Source: Diplonema japonicum
Taxonomy: Eukaryota; Protista; Euglenozoa: Diplonemea
Reading direction: 5' to 3'
DNA length: 64,000 nucleotides
Assembly (NCBI GenBank): GCA_964019335.1
Contig: OZ025663.1
Location: forward strand, 682,001 to 746,000
The notes under the pieces: generated by a model
What the model was told of the DNA's origin: nothing
The model's input: the letters and a program-made list of their open reading frames with translations, nothing else
The model's database searches: none
Made by a program: the position numbers and the translations under genes
In this document: piece by piece, positions 1-10,705 of the stretch
Layout of the letters: every line of letters starts with the position of its first letter
How positions within the stretch are numbered: the first letter of the stretch is position 1

Positions 1-2016
1 CTTTCAATGTGAGGTTCGGGAAAGCGAAGGTGATACGAAGGAGCGACAAGTACGTTTATGTCAACGTGAACGGGAAAAGGGCAGCGGGTGTGGTTCTAAA
101 GCTGGGGCCCAGTGGCGAGGCGTTCTGGGTGACATCAGGGACCCGAGGGGTTCCTGTGGAAGCAAGGTGCTCGCCAATCACTTCGCCTTTACTATCACCA
201 CGTGACGACGTAAGCAATAGTGCTAGCAAAGACGGCGAGTCACCTACGAGCACCGGGGAAGTCCCTACAGGTCCTGTGGAGTCTTTAGACATTGGGATGG
301 GTGTTAGCACTGAGGTTGCCGCTGAGACAGCTGAGAAGAAGAAGAAAAAGAAGAAGCGCCAGGTGGACCCCAACGCAGACCTGACGGAGGACCAGCTCAT
401 GGAGGATGACAGCGACAGCGACGAGATGATGAGCGACGACGAGGCAGACGCCCTCCTCGCAGACCAGTCGCAGATGATGAAACAACTGAATGAACGTCTT
501 AACCACCTTAAAGTTGGAAGTGAAGAGAAATCTGCCTCAGTCGATGTGGATGTAGACCCCGAGACGCAGCTAAGGCTCGCCCGGTCTGCGGAGGGTGACT
601 CTGCGATGGAAGAGAACATGGCGAAGATGCGACAAGAACAAGATCAGCAAACCGAGCCTCCTGTACACCTGGGACTTTGGAAGAGGGTGAAAGACAACGA
701 AACGAATGAATATGTATACTGGAACGTGAGGACCTTCGAGTTCACGAAAGAGGAACCCGACGAGTGGGAGGAAGGGAGTCTGGACGGCGGGCCACACTTG
801 TCCAGCGACGAGGATGAGGAAGGGAACCTCGACGATGACGAAGAGAACATCTGCGTTAAAACCCTGTACCCCACCAAGACGCAGCTGGAAAAGCTAGGCT
901 TGCAAGATGGTGAAAACGAAATCACATTCACCGTGCAGACGACACTGCGAGGGCTCCAGTCCGTGACATGCTATGCTTACCTGTGGGAGTCTAACACGCA
1001 GCTGGTGGTGAGCGACGTGGACGGCACCATCACCAGGTCTGACATATTGGGGCATCTTCTGCCAAAGGTGGGGAAGGACTGGACTCACAAGGGCATCTGT
1101 TCCCTGTACCAGAGGATGGTAGACAATGGGTATGACACGTAGACACAATCCACCAAACAGGTACAAGCTCATTTACTTGTCTTCGAGAAGCATCTCTCAG
1201 ATAAATGGAACAAGAGACTACCTGTTCGGCATTCAGCAAGATGACAAGAGGCTGCCAAGGGCGCCGTTGCTGGTGGCACCGGATCGGATTTTTGCGGCGT
1301 TCACGAGGGAGGTAGTGAAGAGGACGCCGCATGAGTTCAAATGTAGGATGTTGCACACAGTGAAGATGGCGTACCCGAAGGACTGCGAACCGTTTTACGC
1401 AGGGTTCGGGAACAGGGTGAATGATGCGTGGGCGTACTCGTCGGTTGGAATCAGGCCGCACAAGGTCTTCCTCATTGACCCGCAGAGCAATATTCACGTT
1501 TTCGATAACAGAGTGAAGCTAAGGACGTATGGGAGCCTTGACGAGCTGTGTGACAACGCCTTCCCGCCCTTGAAGGAGAAGAAGAAGGTGGTGCCTGCAG
1601 AGTACAACAGTTTCAATTTCTGGTGTCTTAGCCCCTCGCTTGGTGTGGATGAGGATGCAGACCCCAACGATCTCGACATGACCAACACTGGGTTTATTTC
1701 AAGAGACATAGAAAACCCAAGCACTTCTGAGTCACCTGCCCCTGGTGCAAAGCCCCCTGGGCTCGCAGCAGCATGGGGGTCGCCTCCTACTGTGCCTGCT
1801 CTTCCCTCGGATATGCTTGAGAAGGCTCTTACTTCGCCCCCTCGGTCTCCGATTGTAGAGTCAAGCACCCCACCAACTAAGCACGACCCTATTCCTTCCC
1901 CTTCCCCACCCCCTTCCACCAGTTGGGGGCTCTCGTCCATCTTCGGGAGATCAAAGTCCCCTCCTCCTCCTTCTGATGGTGAGACCCAGGAGCAGCAACC
2001 GCAGAAGCCAGAATAG
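1..2016 (+). CDS. LPIN: Lipin/Pah1 phosphatidate phosphatase (5' truncated by window edge), 1 intron (1130-1160)
   Basis: N-LIP tail FNVRFGK...VNG...LKLGPSGEAF and HAD motif SDVDGTITRSD. Removing the 31-nt GTATG..ACAG intron gives DNGYKLIYLSSR and joins the LNS2 part (FK..L, FYAGFGNR..D..AY). Confidence 0.93.
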
Positions 2017-2713
2017 AAAAAAAAAGGAAGGGGTGCTTAACATAAGGAATGGGGCAGGGGTCAGTTTCTATTTTTTTTTTATGGGTCCTCAAATGGGACT
2101 TGCCTTCAAACATCGCCTTTTTTTTTTTTTGTTTTATTTTTTTTGAAGTGTTGTGTGTGTGTCAGGTGTTTTTTTTTTTTTGTCCTTCTTCTCTCTTCCT
2201 GTCCGTTTTGTCTGTTGCGACAGTGATACATTGAATGTCCTAGAAGAAGCAGAAATAAGGTGGAGAGGAGAAGAATGAGAAAGAAAGGGTATTGCAAGTA
2301 GGATAAAGTATGGGGGAAAGGGAAAGAGAAAAAAGGTGAACATGAATAAACTAAAAGAACAGAGGGAGAAAAGAAAATAGAAGACTGGAGAAGCCAAGGA
2401 AGGTAAGTTGGAAGAGAGATCCTAAGGTCTGTCCTTCTTCTCCCCTTTACTTTTTTTTCTTTTTTTACCCCCCTTTTTTGCCCCCCCAGAGCTTCTTTCC
2501 GTTTCTATTGAGTGCCGCGTGTCGTTTGATGTACTCCCAGAAATCCCCTTCCACTGCGCTTTCCTTTATTTTCCTTTTTTTTTTTTATTGTCAGAGAGAG
2601 AAGCTGGCCGCTTTTTCTATTTATCGTTTCTTTTTTTCGGTTTTTTTTTTTTTTCCCGGTTTTCTTTTCCCCGTCTTAATTATATACTCCCCCTGCGTTT
2701 CAGGTGCCGCAAC

Positions 2714-3178
2714 ATGACAGACCCATTGAGAAAGTGGATGCGAGACAAAATGAAAGGAAGAGCAGACATCAAGGAAGGGAGTTTTCTGACGTTAAGGCTG
2801 GGGGGTGAGGAACGGCCGGAGTACTTGAAATACAGCGCGCTAGAAAGATGGGAAAGCCTAAGAAGGCTGGTAGTGATGGGGAGGGGGAGGCACAAGCAGA
2901 TCAGGGGGAAGAAGCTTATACCTATTTTAGCACGTACGCCCCTCCTTCCGTTGTGGGGGATGTCGAAGGCGTCTGCCCCCACACGAAGGGCGAGCAATTC
3001 TCCTGTTCCCGACACACCTTTCTACAGTGGCACCTCCCCTCCGCAGTACATACCTTTCGAGATGCAGCAGGCAGGCGACGAGTCCATTGCCGTCCACAAT
3101 GTGATGCAATATCAAAGAGCGCTGGAGTGTTACAATCTGCGAATGATCGATGAAGAAGAAGGTTTTACAGCCTTTTAG
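2714..3178 (+). CDS. Small hypothetical protein (start may instead be ATG 2960)
   Basis: Open frame between pyrimidine tracts, with AG acceptors before ATG 2714 and 2960. No recognisable domain, and I found no in-phase splice joining it to the next gene. Confidence 0.4.
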   Translation: MTDPLRKWMRDKMKGRADIKEGSFLTLRLGGEERPEYLKYSALERWESLRRLVVMGRGRHKQIRGKKLIPILARTPLLPLWGMSKASAPTRRASNSPVPDTPFYSGTSPPQYIPFEMQQAGDESIAVHNVMQYQRALECYNLRMIDEEEGFTAF

Positions 3179-3264
3179 GTTTTTATGTCTTTTTAGAGCT
3201 TTTTTTTTTCTTTTAAGTTTTTCTTCCCCACGTTAGCCCACGGCACTGCAGGGTCAACAGCAAG

Positions 3265-4678
3265 ATGCCCGTAAATTACGACAGCGCAGCGTACCCAGAG
3301 TTCCAGCACACACCAGGTGAATACCGGTCAACGACAGCAGCAAGAAGCCTTGCTGACGGATATGTGCCGGCATACGCGGGGCGACCCACCAATCCGCCTT
3401 CCCCCACCAGAGTGTCTACTTACCCAAGACCTGACCCCAACGCAGGGCATACAATGTCCCCTAAGGTATGCACCATGTGTTGTGTTCATCACATGACAGG
3501 TCAACCCATCGCCTGCACGGTCGCAGCGTACATACGACCCCAACGCGTCTGCTATTTCTGGCTCAGTACCCGCAGCATACGAAAGGCAACAAATAGAAAG
3601 CAGGGCGCAGCTTGAGAGGGCAGCGATCGAGAGCAGGCAGCTCGACAACCTCAGGTCCGCGTACCCCAACTACACAGGCACTGCGGTCGCCGTAGTGGAG
3701 AAAGAGCGGAACCCGTCGCTTGAAAAAGAGAGAGGCCGTGAGACAAGGGACTACAAGGCCGCGGTCACTGTCAGCCCGTACCGCAGGAGATCTCCGCAGA
3801 AGGCGAGCAGATCGATATCACCTCCCAAGGAACGTGTGGAGGGGATCCCTGCACCCGTAAGGGCGTATGATGAGGCGAAGCATATCATGCCAGAGCCTAA
3901 GGCAGAGCTTGCGCTGGACTTGACAGCGTGGAGGATGCGGCTGAACCAGGTAGGAAGAGAGGAACTGAAGCAGTTGATCACAAGCCATTATGATAGGAAC
4001 TTCTCGGGGAGCATAGATTTCTGTGATTTTTTGGCGCTGTGGTTTAGCCAGCAAATGTTTCAGATCAGGAGGAGCAACACGGTAGCAGGGGAGAACGGGA
4101 AGGAGTCGGAGCCTTTTGAGGTACAGGCCAAGCACATCTACAGGATCAGGGAGATCTTCAATGAGTACGAAGAGTCGTATCTGAGCGGGGTAAGGTACGG
4201 GCTGGTGTCTGCGATGGTAAAGGATCTTATGTATGACGGGGACCACGAGGTGCAGCACTACTACGGGCTGAGCACGGACGACATGGTATCCTTGGTGGAG
4301 GAGTTAGCCATGCATAGGCAAATCAGATCCCAGCAAAAGGAGCCTCGGTACGATTTTGCGTACGTCCTGCAGCTCCTCTTCAAGTACATCACCGACAATG
4401 AGGAGATAGCCCTTTACTACGACGAGGGATGCAAGGTGTTCCAGACACTTCGCACGAAGGAGTACGGCGAGCAGCCCATCTACCAGAACTCCACCATCTC
4501 CACGAAGCTCCTCATTAAAGTCCTTACTGCCCACAACAACAAACGTTCTTCCGCATCTGAGCTGTATGGTTTTTTTTTTTTTTTTTTTGTCTTACATATT
4601 CCTTACAGAAGTGTCGACCCCCGCACCGCCCTCGACGACCGTGGTTATGAAGAGTCTCTCATCCTCCCTACGAACTGA
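3265..4678 (+). CDS. Hypothetical protein with EF-hand-like motif, introns 3466-3499 and 4564-4608
   Basis: Splicing joins ORFs 3265 and 3695 in frame. DRNFSGSIDFCDF resembles an EF-hand loop. Confidence 0.7.
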
Positions 4679-5035
4679 GTTGCTTTTTCTGACAGTCTGT
4701 CGGATTACATTTATGGGGCACACTCTTTTTTGTGTTGGTATCCCCTTTTTGGCGACAACAGCCATGTAGATAGATTTTGTTTTAGATTTTGACAAAAGTT
4801 TTTTAGATGGTTTATATATATTTTTTTCTTTAACACTCGGTTTTCTTATCTTTGTCACCCCCTTCCCCTTATTTTTTTTTTTTCTTTCTTTTCTTTCGAT
4901 TATAAAACTTGTTGTTGGTCTTTTCACCCTCTTCCCTTCCCTTTCACCCCTTGTCAAATTAATGTCCGTCTTATTAAGTTTTTTTTTTAATGTGAGCAAC
5001 CGTGTGACAGTCAGAAATTGATAGAGGAAACGTAA

Positions 5036-5869
5036 ATGGTCAAGCAGCACAAGCTGCCTCATGTGCCTACTGTGAGGAAGCCTGCTCCGAAGAAGAGCAA
5101 GGATCAAGCATCAGGTCCTTATGTGGTGCCAGTGGTGATCCCGGAACCGGAGATGGGCGGCTTTGAGAGGGAAGTACAGTGTGGGATCTGCAAGGAGAGA
5201 CTTAAAGGAGCAGAAGTGGGACCGTTGGCAGAAGTGATGCTGGACTGCAAGACGTGTGGGTGTTTTTTGTGTGCCATATGTGCACAGCACCCGCCACATA
5301 AACGGCATCACAATGCTACAGAAGTGATGAACTGTGTCACATGTGGAGTGCCACATCCTCCTTGCGAATCGTGTTGTGAAGCCCTGTGGTGCATGTCGTG
5401 TGGCACCCAAAGCCATCAAGGCATGTGTGCAGCACGCATGTCCTCGTGCAAGCAATGCGGCTCTTTTTCCGATCACAATACTGTCGGCTGCACACTGAAC
5501 GTGCTCAGGCCCCCTATCACAAGCTCTGTTCCCGCCGTCTTGACGAGCACAACCATTTCCCCTTCCGACGACTTCTTCCTTACCTTCCTCCAGACTGGGA
5601 AAGCACAACCACCACCAAAAAAGCCCAAGCCCCCCAAAACCTCTGTCCCCCTCGACCTCGCACTCCTCAACATCAAATGCGGCGAATGTGGCGAAAGTGG
5701 CCACCTGATCTGCAAGAAAAAAGGAGCAGACAAAGCACCTTGGGAACGAGGCAAAAAAGAGCTTTGCATCCAATGCTTCGGGACAAACCACACATCCCTG
5801 TGCGAGTGTCCTTCGAACGGCAATCCCCGCTCCAGGTACACCGTACCCCTGAGTGCCCCCCTAGTGTAA
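5036..5869 (+). CDS. Cys/His-rich zinc-finger protein (B-box-like plus several CCHC zinc knuckles; possibly Air1/2/ZCCHC7-like)
   Basis: CGIC...CKTC..FLCAIC...H, CMSCGTQSH, CKQCGSFSDH, CGECGESGHLIC, CIQCFGTNH. Confidence 0.65.
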   Translation: MVKQHKLPHVPTVRKPAPKKSKDQASGPYVVPVVIPEPEMGGFEREVQCGICKERLKGAEVGPLAEVMLDCKTCGCFLCAICAQHPPHKRHHNATEVMNCVTCGVPHPPCESCCEALWCMSCGTQSHQGMCAARMSSCKQCGSFSDHNTVGCTLNVLRPPITSSVPAVLTSTTISPSDDFFLTFLQTGKAQPPPKKPKPPKTSVPLDLALLNIKCGECGESGHLICKKKGADKAPWERGKKELCIQCFGTNHTSLCECPSNGNPRSRYTVPLSAPLV

Positions 5870-5959
5870 AGTTCCTAAGTGTATTACTACGCTTTTCGTT
5901 TCTTCCATTTCAAAAACCATCTTGATGATTTCGAGTTGCTCAAAGGAGGTATTGGCAAT

Positions 5960-6637
5960 ATGAAGGACTGGGAAGTGCAAGCGGCGTTGCAAGAGCTGGA
6001 GGGGTTTAAAAAACCCAAAATTGAGTTGGAGCAGTATGCAACACCTGCTGAGTTGGCGGGGCACTTTGTGTGCAGTGCAGAGAGGACGTACCATGACTTG
6101 GAAGGGAAGTCTGTGCTGGACTTGGGGTGCGGAGCGGGGATGTTGAGCATAGGGGCGGCGCTGATGGGGGCTGACAGTGTAGTAGGGGCTGATATCGACT
6201 GGGATGCACTTGAGACGGCAAAGGAGAATGTACAAGAAATGGAGTTGGAGGATGTTGTTGATTTCGTGCGTCTAAATGTAGTCGACAGGGACAGGCGGCA
6301 CGGCGAGACTGACTCCATGGTCCTCCCTTCCTTCCGTTGCAAGTTCGACACCGTCATCCTCAACCCTCCTTTTGGTGCCAACAAAGACCGCCAACAAAAG
6401 GGGATTGATCTCATGTTCCTTCACACCGCCCTCGCAATGTGCGCTCCTGGAGGCGCAGTCTACTCTCTTCACAAATCCTCCACTCGGGAGCACATCCAGG
6501 GTGTTGTCGAAAGGTGGGGCGCCAAAGCCGAGCCCCTCGGGGAATACACCTGGAACCTTGCAAAGACATACAAACATCAGAAGAAACAAAACAAAGACAT
6601 TAGCGTCGACATGTGGAGGATCACACCCAGGAAGTGA
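5960..6637 (+). CDS. METTL5: 18S rRNA m6A methyltransferase METTL5
   Basis: F..PKIELEQY.TP N-terminal motif, LDLGCGAG SAM motif, NPPFG catalytic motif, VYSLHKSSTR. Confidence 0.93.
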   Translation: MKDWEVQAALQELEGFKKPKIELEQYATPAELAGHFVCSAERTYHDLEGKSVLDLGCGAGMLSIGAALMGADSVVGADIDWDALETAKENVQEMELEDVVDFVRLNVVDRDRRHGETDSMVLPSFRCKFDTVILNPPFGANKDRQQKGIDLMFLHTALAMCAPGGAVYSLHKSSTREHIQGVVERWGAKAEPLGEYTWNLAKTYKHQKKQNKDISVDMWRITPRK

Positions 6638-6714
6638 GATGGGGGAAGATCAAAAATTTGGTTTATTTCGTTTATGTTGCATGCAATCCTAAGTTTTTTC
6701 TACAGGAATACACG

Positions 6715-7935
6715 ATGGGCGAGGAGGAGGAGCAGGGGTTGGGGGTAGTGTTCGCCGTGGCAGATGACGAAGGGAGTTGCAAGCCATTTGCAGGTTTAGC
6801 GCTGTTGAGCCAAGTGTGCGTTGAGGAGCAGATACCCGGAACGCACCTAATCAGCCATGCAAACACTATCCCTGCGTGTAAGCGGGTAGGGCTGAGAAAG
6901 CCTATTAACGAAGAGCGGGAAAATATCACTCTCCTCGAAAGTCCAGCGGACGAGTCATGCCGATCAGCATACCAGTACTACTGCACGCAGTACCACAGCA
7001 AGCCCAACAGCGTTCTCAGCAAGGCGCTCCCTACTGCACCGGGTGATTTTTCCCTCAAGGAACTCGACTGTGGCGGCAACTTCATTGGTGATAAGGGCTT
7101 GCTCCCCTTACTTGAGGTGATACGCCTGTGCACATCATGCTCTCGTTTGCTCCTTCCCGACAATGGCATCAAAAATTCTGGCACGGAATGCATTGTGCAC
7201 ATGGCCCTCGAGCACCCAAGTTTGCGAGAGTTGGACTTGAGCTTTAATCGTATTACGTTAGGTGCCGGAAAGGTGTGTCCACCTTGTTCATTAACTTAAT
7301 TTTCTTTGGGCCAATGTTTGCGACCTCCCAGTGGTGCTTCCTGGTAATTGTGGTTTGGGGGAGACACAAGCGAAAGGGAAACTCTCGTTCTTAAACCGTG
7401 CACGTGAAACTTGGACAGGTGGATTCCCTCTTTTCTTGAACGTCATTTGTGTTGTAGGTTTCCTCGGCCCACTCTCCCAAACAGAAGGCCAAGTCTTCTG
7501 TTGCTTGTCTTAACCGAAACAACACGATTCTTTCACCAGCTCTTAGTTTTTTGACGCCAAATCTTTCATGAGCGTAAATGGTCTAGTGGTAGAATGGCTC
7601 CCTGCCACGGAGTCGGCCCGGGTTCGATTCCCGGTTTACGCATTTTTTATGTTGCGAGAATTTTCATCCAGTTGTCTGCTTTTCTCTTGTTGAATTTGTG
7701 TTGTCCTGTAGTGTCGACTTTTAACCGAGGTTATCAATCTGCACGGCTAGTTTTCTCTTCTCTTTTCCACTAACCCTCAGATCTTGCAAGAGCTGGTAAC
7801 GAAAAATAAAGCGATTTGTAAATTAGATGTCACGGGGACACGCATTGATTCGCAGCTTCAGGTATTTTTTCTGTCTTCCACAATACATGACAGGAGAGAA
7901 TTTTGCAAAAAGCCCGAAAGAACGGGGAGATGTAG
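6715..7935 (+). CDS. RNI-like leucine-rich repeat protein, introns 7273-7780 (hosts tRNA) and 7862-7893
   Basis: LDCGGNFIGDKGLLPL and LDLSFNRIT repeats. The spliced frame continues AGK|ILQELVTKNKAICKLDVTGTRIDSQLQ|ERILQKARKNGEM*. CTAAC branch-like site at 7770-7774. Confidence 0.8.
7572..7642 (+). tRNA. tRNA-Gly (anticodon GCC)
   Basis: Acceptor stem GCGTAAA/TTTACGC plus discriminator A, D-arm TGGTCTAGTGGTAGAA, anticodon arm GCTCC-CTGCCAC-GGAGT, T-arm CCGGG-TTCGATT-CCCGG. Confidence 0.96.
7643..7648 (+). terminator. Pol III oligo(T) terminator of tRNA-Gly
   Basis: T6 run immediately after the discriminator base. Confidence 0.75.
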
Positions 7936-8175
7936 TCCGAAAGAGAGCCGACACTATGATACGTGGTTTCGTGTTCATCTGCATATTTGTAATATCACAT
8001 AGGCTCAATATTTCGCTTAGCCCGGAATGTGGCCTGCTTGCAACAGGCGCAACCGGAGAACAGTGAGGAATGAAAAGAAAAACGAAGAAGAAAACACAAT
8101 GTGAATACATAAAAGAACCTACCATATTTTTTAGTAGCCTCTTCTCCATTATTTTGCAGGACTTGTTTTTCAGCA

Positions 8176-9698
8176 ATGGCATTAGCGGAAGCGCTGTTAC
8201 AGAGACCCATGTGGGTTCCTGACTCGGATACAAAGGCATGCATGGGTTGCAAGAAAAGTTTTGGTGCGACAGTGAGGAAGCACCATTGTAGAGTGTGCGG
8301 ACATGTATTTTGCAAAAGGTGTTGCAGCACGAAGCTGCACATCCCTTCTATGGGATACTCAACTCCTCAGAAGGTGTGTTCTGGGTGCAGGGGTGGTGCT
8401 CCTGGTGTGATAGGTGAAAAGGTGCAGGTTCTTTGTGACTGCACGAAAGTGAAGTTTTTCTGTAACGAAGCCCCTAATCTTCCCCCATGGGACCCTCGTA
8501 AGGCGAGCCTCTGCGGTTGCATTGGTGTTGTTGAAGCTCAAGACCCTCGTGATGGGTCAGCCAAAGTCGTTTTCCCCAACGGCCCCTTCTCTTGGTACCC
8601 TCCTAAATGCCTTGAACTCGCACCTGTTAACACCCGCACCCCTAAGCCAACTGACGTGGTGACACGTGTCGTTATCATATGTGATGAGAAGCCACAACTA
8701 GAAGGTGCCTACGCCCGTATTCCTGATAAGTACCGCGGTGTGTCCGTATGGGTTATGTCGCAATACAGGGTGTACTCCAACTCGAACGGCCATTGGGTGG
8801 TCACAAACTCCGAGGACGGGATGAAAAGGGAGACAGGCTCTCTCAGGAGTGTGAAGCCCCATGAAGGGAAGCTGCACCCGTATGCTATGGAGCAGTGGGA
8901 GACCTACAAAAATGGACACTGGGTACCGATCCCATCTTTCAAAGTGTCAAAGGTATGTTGATCTTGTGTGCCTGCATTCACTTTTTCAGGCTGTTGTTCC
9001 TGCAGGATCCGCGCCTTGTATTAACACCACCATCGTGCAGACAGGGGCCGGAACCTGTAACCCCCCTGCAACACATGATCTGTCTGAGCCCCAGCGAAGT
9101 GTTGACCATGTATGACTCATTTCAGTTTAAATTTAGTTTTAAAGCAGGAGGTACCCCCGATTGCTGGTACGCCGCCGCCAAGGTCTCCCCGAGTTGTGTC
9201 GCCGAAGGTGTTGTCGGGAGAGTTACCTGGGCTGGAGGCAGCTCTGGAGCAGCAAACTGCGCTTGAGGAAGTATGTTAATCAACAATCTTCATTTCCTGC
9301 TGTAGGCAAGAGCTATGCGTGAGGAGATGGAGAAGAAAGAGGATGAGGCCGATGCCTTGGAAGAGCGGCAGGAGCTGGAGAACCATGGCACGACAACAAC
9401 ACCGAAGAAGGAGAACTGCACTCTTGAAGAGGACCTCACTAAAGGGCTGTCTGACGACGTTGATGAACCGCTCATGCAGAACGGCAGCTCGGAGGTAGAG
9501 GTTCAAGAAGCCAGAGAGGTTCAAGAAATTCAAGAAATCAGAGAGGTTCAAGAGGTGCAGGAAGTACAAGAGGTTCAGGAAGTACAGGAGGTTCAGGAAG
9601 TACAAGAGGTTCAGGAAGTACAAGAGGTTCAAGAAGTTCAGGAGGTCCAGGCACCCAAGTTGCAGACGATTTTAGGCGACATCGAGATTGCTGATTGA
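8176..9698 (+). CDS. FYVE zinc-finger protein with acidic EVQ-repeat tail, introns 8953-8989, 9110-9147, 9271-9305
   Basis: FYVE signature WVPD...C..C...RKHHCRVCG..FC..C...VC..C. Three GTATG-AG introns join ORFs 8176, 8861 and 9315 in frame. Confidence 0.85.
9498..9650 (+). repeat. Coding 9-bp tandem repeat (GARGTNCAR, Glu-Val-Gln)
   Basis: About 17 imperfect copies encoding (EVQ)n. Confidence 0.9.
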
Positions 9699-10705
9699 AA
9701 GAAGAAAGCAGAAAAAGAGGGAGCAGACACATATTTTCAAGAAACGTGACAGAGAATTAAATGAAAAAGAGGGGGGGGGGGGGAAAAGCATGTATTTAAT
9801 TATCTATTGCCCCCCCCCCTCCACCCTTGCCTTTAGCTTCAACGTTATCCTTGCTTGTTGTGTTTGAGTCAAGCCTGGTGTTTTTTCCTCCCCCCTTTTT
9901 TATTCCCCGTTTGGTATCTGTTCAGGTTCCGGTCTCGGGTGCTTTTTTTGGTGCAGAAGCTGGCACTGTTTATTGCCCGTATAAAACCAGCTTATCGAAA
10001 GCACGCCGTGGAACAAAGCCCAGCTGCATGTAGCATGATTTTGTCTGGCCTTTCTTTTTGTAGGTGCGGTCTGGTCTTGGAGCCGCTTTTGTGGGTGGTG
10101 ATTTTGGGTCTTTTTTTTGTTTTAGCGGGTTGTTGCTTACACTCCCCACTTCTTAGTGATTGTTTTTTGTTTTTACCCCCCCCCTTTCGCACGTTCCATC
10201 ATTATGTCCCCTTGTTCCCCCCTTTCCCCTATTTCTTTGTGGGCTGTCGGTGCTGTTAGTTAGGGTTCTTTGGCCTGCTCACAACAGAGTGCCCTACGTC
10301 CGAGTTTTTAAGGGGCCGTCTGGTGAGAGAATATAAGATTTTTTTCTGGCTCTTTAGTCTATCTTGCTGTGTACGAACACCAGTACATGCCATACACGCA
10401 CTGTCAGGCTTTATGAATCCACTGTTGCTTGCTTCTTTAGATCCTTTGAGGAGTCTTTTTTCTTCTTTTTCTTTATGCCTTCTCCTCGCTCTTAACCAGT
10501 AGAGTGTATAAAGGGGCAAAACCTTTTATTATTATTTCAGCATTTCTTTTTTTTTTGGTTTAGCTTTTTCTTTTCTTCTTTTTCTCGCTGCCCCCTCCAC
10601 CCCGCTCCTACCTATTATTCTTTTTCTTGTTTTAACTGTTTCCTTCCCCTCCCCCTTTTTTTTCTCTTCGTGTTACCCATGTCTTGTCCTTTACTGCCAA
10701 TCAGG

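Noticed and set aside
2049-2717. Phe/Lys-rich small ORFs in spacers (also about 19900-20300, 24600-25300, 32900-34400, 42400-43400)
   Set aside because: They are translations of poly(T)/poly(A) tracts.
9498-9650. Tandem repeat as a CRISPR-like array
   Set aside because: There are no unique spacers, and it is a coding tripeptide repeat in a eukaryotic gene.
10259-10267. GTTAGGGTT (AACCCTAAC on - strand) as telomerase template or telomeric seed
   Set aside because: A single 9-mer is expected by chance in 64 kb, and there is no tandem telomeric array.
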